DNA of 64,000 bases from a plasmid. Under the pieces are notes generated by a model. It saw only the letters and a list, made by a program, of their open reading frames with translations. It did not search any database and was not told where the DNA came from. The stretch is taken from sequence record AP025967.1, one strand, 5' to 3'. Each line of letters begins with the position of its first letter. The stretch's first letter is position 1. Positions 59,770 through 64,000 of the stretch are shown here, piece by piece. The translations under genes were made by a program, and so were the position numbers.

Positions 59770-61561
59770 TGTTTTCTCCTATAATTTGAATTTTTACTTT
59801 ACATTCTCCCTTTAAGATCGCATCTTCTAATTGTTTGCGTGAAGGGATTTTTCTTATTGTTGATAAACTTTTCGAAACAGCTTTAAATTTATCCATAAAA
59901 TAAGAATCTGAATAATAAAATGCTTTATTGCATAAAATAGGTTTTCCGCTATCAATAGTAATTAGTTCATTTTCAAAAGGCATTTCTCTAAGTTCTTGTG
60001 GCAACATTAAAGCCCTACTTGCTTCGCTAATACTATGTGATCCACCTCCATTATTGCCTGTATTAATACTTCTTGATTTTGTTTTAAAAGTAGTATTTCC
60101 TAAAATCCTAGAGATAGCTTCTGCGTCTTCTTGCTCTCTTGGTGCATAGAAAATCTGACAAGCATGATTTGTTAAGAGTGTTTTAGCTCCTTCTTTTCCA
60201 TAGCCCAAAGGCGGTTGTGTTTCAAGTTGTGAATTTGATTGATAAATCATCAAAGATCTTAACCAATAACCAGCCATAAAACTGATTGCTGATTGATAGA
60301 TAGGAATTCTACCAGGTGCAGTAAATTCATCCATAACCATTAAACAAGTATATTTTAAATCTTTATTGCTTTGTGGCAATTCTTTGGTGTTTAATAAAAT
60401 AAGTTGCGACCAAAAAATATTTAAAATAAATTGTGCATTTGCTAATTGATCAGGCGTAATTCCTATATAAATTGTCATTTTCTTTTTACGCAAATCTCGC
60501 AAATCAAAATCGCTTGTTTCTGTGCTTAATCTTAATGTTTCACTTTCAAATGGCACAAGCGGAGCATTAAAAGAGCTCATTACACCTGATTTAGTAGCAT
60601 CTGAGTTAATATTAAAATAAGTTTCTAAACGCCTTATGGTTGCTTCATCTAAAACTTCACAATAAGATAAGAAATTGTATGTATCATCAAAACCTTTTAA
60701 AGTTTTTCCTTCATTTTTAAGTGAGAAACCTTTTGAGAGTTGCAAAATATTGTAAAAGTTAAATTCTCCTACATTAATATCAAACGCACTTTGAAATTCT
60801 TTTCCATAATCGGTTAATTGTAAATCACGCCATAAATAACAAAGCCCAATAAATAAGTTTTGTGCTAAGCCATTGAAAAATTTTGAGGTAGAATCCCCAT
60901 CTTGTGGGTAGAGTATGTTACCTAAATCCATTAATTGACTATCGCAATGCTCTTTATCACTCATATCAATATAAGTTAAAGGATTATAGCGATGTGTCTG
61001 TCTTGAAAATGGATTGAATAAATAAACTTCTTGTCCTAAAATCTCTTTTCTATATTTGCTTGTATAGTCAAAACATTCTTGTTTAATATCTTGAACAACA
61101 GCACTTTCTCGCCACTCTAACAAGTTTGGTATTACTATACCTACGCCTTTACCACTTCTTGTGGGTGCTCCTAAGGCTACAAATTGCTGACCGCTAAATC
61201 TTAAAATCTTTCCCTTGTATTTTCCGATAATTATTCCATTATCTGAAAATAAATTCATTTTTTTAATTTCATTAAAATTTGCAAATCTAGCTTCGCCAAA
61301 TTGAGATTTTTTGGCTTTTAAAGATAACACCAAAATAGAAAAAACAACAAAACAAATGCCAAAAGTAATACCTAAAGAAAGCCATATTTTTGGATAACCA
61401 TTAGAGATTGCTTGTAGCGTAAAATTTATGTTATAAATTTCAATCGCTTTCATTATTTTTACTTTATTTAAAAAGAAAAAAACAATGGGCGTTATTAAGT
61501 AAGTGAGAATAAAACTCGCTATAGCAAGAAAAATCATTTGAATGCTTTTATTATTTTGCAT
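59750..61561 (-). CDS. virD4: Type IV coupling protein VirD4/TraG
   Basis: N-terminal transmembrane helices; Walker A GAPTRSGKG; 603 aa. Confidence 0.85.
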   Translation of the reverse strand: MQNNKSIQMIFLAIASFILTYLITPIVFFFLNKVKIMKAIEIYNINFTLQAISNGYPKIWLSLGITFGICFVVFSILVLSLKAKKSQFGEARFANFNEIKKMNLFSDNGIIIGKYKGKILRFSGQQFVALGAPTRSGKGVGIVIPNLLEWRESAVVQDIKQECFDYTSKYRKEILGQEVYLFNPFSRQTHRYNPLTYIDMSDKEHCDSQLMDLGNILYPQDGDSTSKFFNGLAQNLFIGLCYLWRDLQLTDYGKEFQSAFDINVGEFNFYNILQLSKGFSLKNEGKTLKGFDDTYNFLSYCEVLDEATIRRLETYFNINSDATKSGVMSSFNAPLVPFESETLRLSTETSDFDLRDLRKKKMTIYIGITPDQLANAQFILNIFWSQLILLNTKELPQSNKDLKYTCLMVMDEFTAPGRIPIYQSAISFMAGYWLRSLMIYQSNSQLETQPPLGYGKEGAKTLLTNHACQIFYAPREQEDAEAISRILGNTTFKTKSRSINTGNNGGGSHSISEASRALMLPQELREMPFENELITIDSGKPILCNKAFYYSDSYFMDKFKAVSKSLSTIRKIPSRKQLEDAILKGECKVKIQIIGENNDKKIA

Positions 61562-62554
61562 TTATCTCTCCATTTCTTTAAAATAAATGCCGCTAATACG
61601 CCTTTTTCCATGATGAGCATGGATATGCACGACAATATCTATTAAGTCTTTAAGTGTTTTTTGGATAATTTCAAAAGGCACGCATTGACCTTGTGGATTT
61701 TGTAGAGTCATTAAAGCAAGTCGTGTAAATGTTTCTTCGGGGCTTCCTGCATGGCAACTTGTGATACTTCCACCATGACCACTAGCTAAAACATTAATAA
61801 AATCATAAGTTTCAGCACCTCTAAGCTCTGCTAGTAAAATCCTATCAGGCTTCATTCTTAAACAAGATTTTAAAAGTGTTGCAGAATTTAAAAAATCTGT
61901 ACTTTTTGCTTCGCTAGGATAGAATAATTGCACGAAATTTTTGTGTTCATAGAATTTGATTTCTTCAACATCTTCTATTGTGATAATCCTATCATCAAGG
62001 CTTATAAAATCAATAAGAGTTTTCATAAAGGTAGTTTTACCGCTTCCTGTTTCACCAGCGATAATAATATTTTTACCATAGCTAACAGCTTTGGATATAA
62101 AATTTTGATAATCTCTTGCTTCATATAGCTTGATTAATTCTTCATCGCTTGGTTTGATTTTATTCTTATCATCAGGATTTAAATCTTCAAAAAGTCCGCT
62201 TTTAATATGATCTTCCATTTTAAAGCGAGTTTTGCTTGGCTTTCTAATAGTAATTGAAATGTGTTCGCTTTTTGTAGCAGGAGGAATAACAATTTGCATA
62301 CGCTCTCCACCTACTAGAATACAACTAAGAATAGGGCGTGATACATCTATTTTATCTTTTTTGAATGAGGCTGAAGCAGTTGCAAAATGTCCAGCTTGTT
62401 CAAAATCAAGTTTAGTATCTATACATTCCCATAATCCTTTAGAGTTTTGTACCCAAATTTTATTATCGCCGTTATAGCAGATTTCATTGATATTATCATC
62501 TTTTAAAAATTCTCCAAAAAATTTTTGAGTATATTTATCTAGCGTTATTGACAT
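61562..62554 (-). CDS. virB11: VirB11-family secretion ATPase
   Basis: Walker A GETGSGKTT. Probable start is MSITLD at 62554; the listed ORF extends further, to 62659. Confidence 0.85.
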   Translation of the reverse strand: MSITLDKYTQKFFGEFLKDDNINEICYNGDNKIWVQNSKGLWECIDTKLDFEQAGHFATASASFKKDKIDVSRPILSCILVGGERMQIVIPPATKSEHISITIRKPSKTRFKMEDHIKSGLFEDLNPDDKNKIKPSDEELIKLYEARDYQNFISKAVSYGKNIIIAGETGSGKTTFMKTLIDFISLDDRIITIEDVEEIKFYEHKNFVQLFYPSEAKSTDFLNSATLLKSCLRMKPDRILLAELRGAETYDFINVLASGHGGSITSCHAGSPEETFTRLALMTLQNPQGQCVPFEIIQKTLKDLIDIVVHIHAHHGKRRISGIYFKEMER

Positions 62555-63731
62555 TCTTTTTCCTTGTAAGTTTATAAACTTTTGAAAAATCAATATCACG
62601 ATTAACATAAACACCGACCAAATCACCTTGATTTTTATAAAGTGTAGGTTTAATATCAATCATTTTTTCTAGTGCTGTATTTGCGATTTCTTTTGCAGAA
62701 TCTCTTGTATTTTCAGTGTAATTGGCATAATTATTTTTATTATCTTTACCTGCAATTTGATCCGCTAAGATAGCCAGTGAATCATCTATCATTGATAGTA
62801 AAACAGCAGAGCCAAATCGTTTTAAGTAATGATGATCTACCCAACCTTGAACGCCACTTGCACCTAATTCATCGGTAGCACCTGAATAAACAGGGATAAT
62901 GATATTGTTCGGTGTTCTAATTTCTTGCCAAATTACAAATAATCTATCCATTCCATCATCCATTTGTCCAGTATTAAAAGTTCCTGTAATAGTGCTACCT
63001 TTTTCAATTAAAAGAGTATTTCCATTAGCAGAATAGACATCATTTGATACAATACAAGCGATTCCACCTTTAATAGAACTTACCAATCTTGTTTTTAAAG
63101 CACAGCCTATATAAGTTCCTTTAGGTAATAGTAAATTTTGATCAAATTCGCTAACTTTAGCGATTGTGGGAGTGAAGACCTCTCCAACAAAATCTCCACT
63201 ACTACCACCTTGTAAATTATTAGAGTTTTGTAAAGTACCATTTTGTCCAAACTCAAACACTGTGTTAGGTTTTTCTCCAAATTCTTCCCTGTTTCCTGTG
63301 CCATTATTTCCAAATCCATCATTATTAGATGAAGCGACAACAGTAACTCCTGCACCTTTAACAATTCTAGGCTTTGGAGGTTTTGGTTCAAGTATTAAAT
63401 CTTGTGTCGGTTTTGGTGATTCTTGTGCAATTAGTTCATCAAATGTTTTTTGTGGAGGAGGTGGAATAAATTCCTTTGTTTTAACACTTTGTGCCAAATC
63501 TTTATTATCTTCTTTTTGTACTTCTTCGGTAGTTGTATTGCTACTTAAAAATGATTTTAAAAAATAAACTAATATTAAAACTAATAATAACCCACCCACA
63601 GCAAAAATTACATAAGCTTGTATCTTTCTAAGATGATTTTTTTGATCGTGTAAATCACTTGTATGATTTTCAAAATCATTGTCTAAATTATCTTGTTCTT
63701 TATCTTGCATACTTATTCCTTTTAGTTTCAT
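62535..63731 (-). CDS. virB10: VirB10/TrbI-family T4SS protein
   Basis: N-terminal transmembrane helix; proline-rich region (PPPPQK...PKPPKP); C-terminal beta domain. Confidence 0.75.
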   Translation of the reverse strand: MKLKGISMQDKEQDNLDNDFENHTSDLHDQKNHLRKIQAYVIFAVGGLLLVLILVYFLKSFLSSNTTTEEVQKEDNKDLAQSVKTKEFIPPPPQKTFDELIAQESPKPTQDLILEPKPPKPRIVKGAGVTVVASSNNDGFGNNGTGNREEFGEKPNTVFEFGQNGTLQNSNNLQGGSSGDFVGEVFTPTIAKVSEFDQNLLLPKGTYIGCALKTRLVSSIKGGIACIVSNDVYSANGNTLLIEKGSTITGTFNTGQMDDGMDRLFVIWQEIRTPNNIIIPVYSGATDELGASGVQGWVDHHYLKRFGSAVLLSMIDDSLAILADQIAGKDNKNNYANYTENTRDSAKEIANTALEKMIDIKPTLYKNQGDLVGVYVNRDIDFSKVYKLTRKKNVNNAR

Positions 63732-63736
63732 TCGCT

Positions 63737-64000
63737 TTATTTTTTATTTATCTCTCTTTGAATATTTTCATTGGAGGTTTCTCTTGTTTTATCTAAAGGA
63801 TTTTTTGCATAGCCACGATTAAAAATACCAACGACTTTATCGCCACTTCTTAATAGGATTTGTTTAGTAATTTTTTGAATTACTAAAACTTCATAATTGC
63901 CATCTTTTTTAATATGAGTATTTAAAATACTTTCTTTACCATTATCATACATGAAAACAGCAGGAAAAGTTTTAGTATTATCAAAACCAAGATATGTAAA
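63737..64000 (-). CDS. virB9: VirB9-family protein, C-terminal part. The 5' end lies outside the window.
   Basis: The frame stays open to the window edge. Assignment is positional (upstream of virB10). Confidence 0.5.
   Translation of the reverse strand, partial: FTYLGFDNTKTFPAVFMYDNGKESILNTHIKKDGNYEVLVIQKITKQILLRSGDKVVGIFNRGYAKNPLDKTRETSNENIQREINKK

Overview
AT-rich (~27% GC) epsilonproteobacterial DNA, most consistent with a Campylobacter jejuni/coli pTet-like megaplasmid or an integrated element of that type.

The window holds three main blocks.

- A complete 13-gene type VI secretion system (T6SS) at 15919-32920: vgrG, tssG, tssF, tssE, tssC, tssB and tssA on the minus strand; tssJ, tssK and tssL on the plus strand; hcp on the minus strand; tssM and tagH on the plus strand. 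There is no clpV.
  - The Hcp sequence matches Campylobacter Hcp as I recall it.
  - vgrG-proximal cargo lies at 5703-15905, including a 1411-aa effector with an HExxH motif.
  - A second cargo-like operon converges on tagH at 32924-40900.

- An orphan-vgrG remnant at 1169-5244. vgrG carries an internal deletion.
  - Next to it is a PAAR-like/DUF4280 protein fused to an HNH-like nuclease, paired with an immunity candidate.
  - Upstream of it (470-1030) are two tandem loci that look like type I toxin-antitoxin modules. Each encodes a 19-22 aa hydrophobic Ibs-like peptide on the minus strand with a perfect Shine-Dalgarno (SD) sequence. A consensus TTGACA-17-TATAAT promoter on the opposite strand lies inside the peptide ORF and would drive a cis-antisense RNA. 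This is the most novel item I can support.

- A plasmid-type region at 41459-64000:
  - a frameshifted toprim primase;
  - a HEPN/Abi2-like gene beside a NYN nuclease gene;
  - parA plus a partner gene;
  - a foreign GC-rich (~50%) island at 47670-53045 carrying tet(O) together with a rep/PrimPol-like gene, Mob fragments and a cysteine-rich KTR gene;
  - topoisomerase III;
  - a VirB9-VirB10-VirB11-VirD4 conjugative type IV secretion system (T4SS).

Several genes appear pseudogenised by frameshifts at A/T runs or by deletion.
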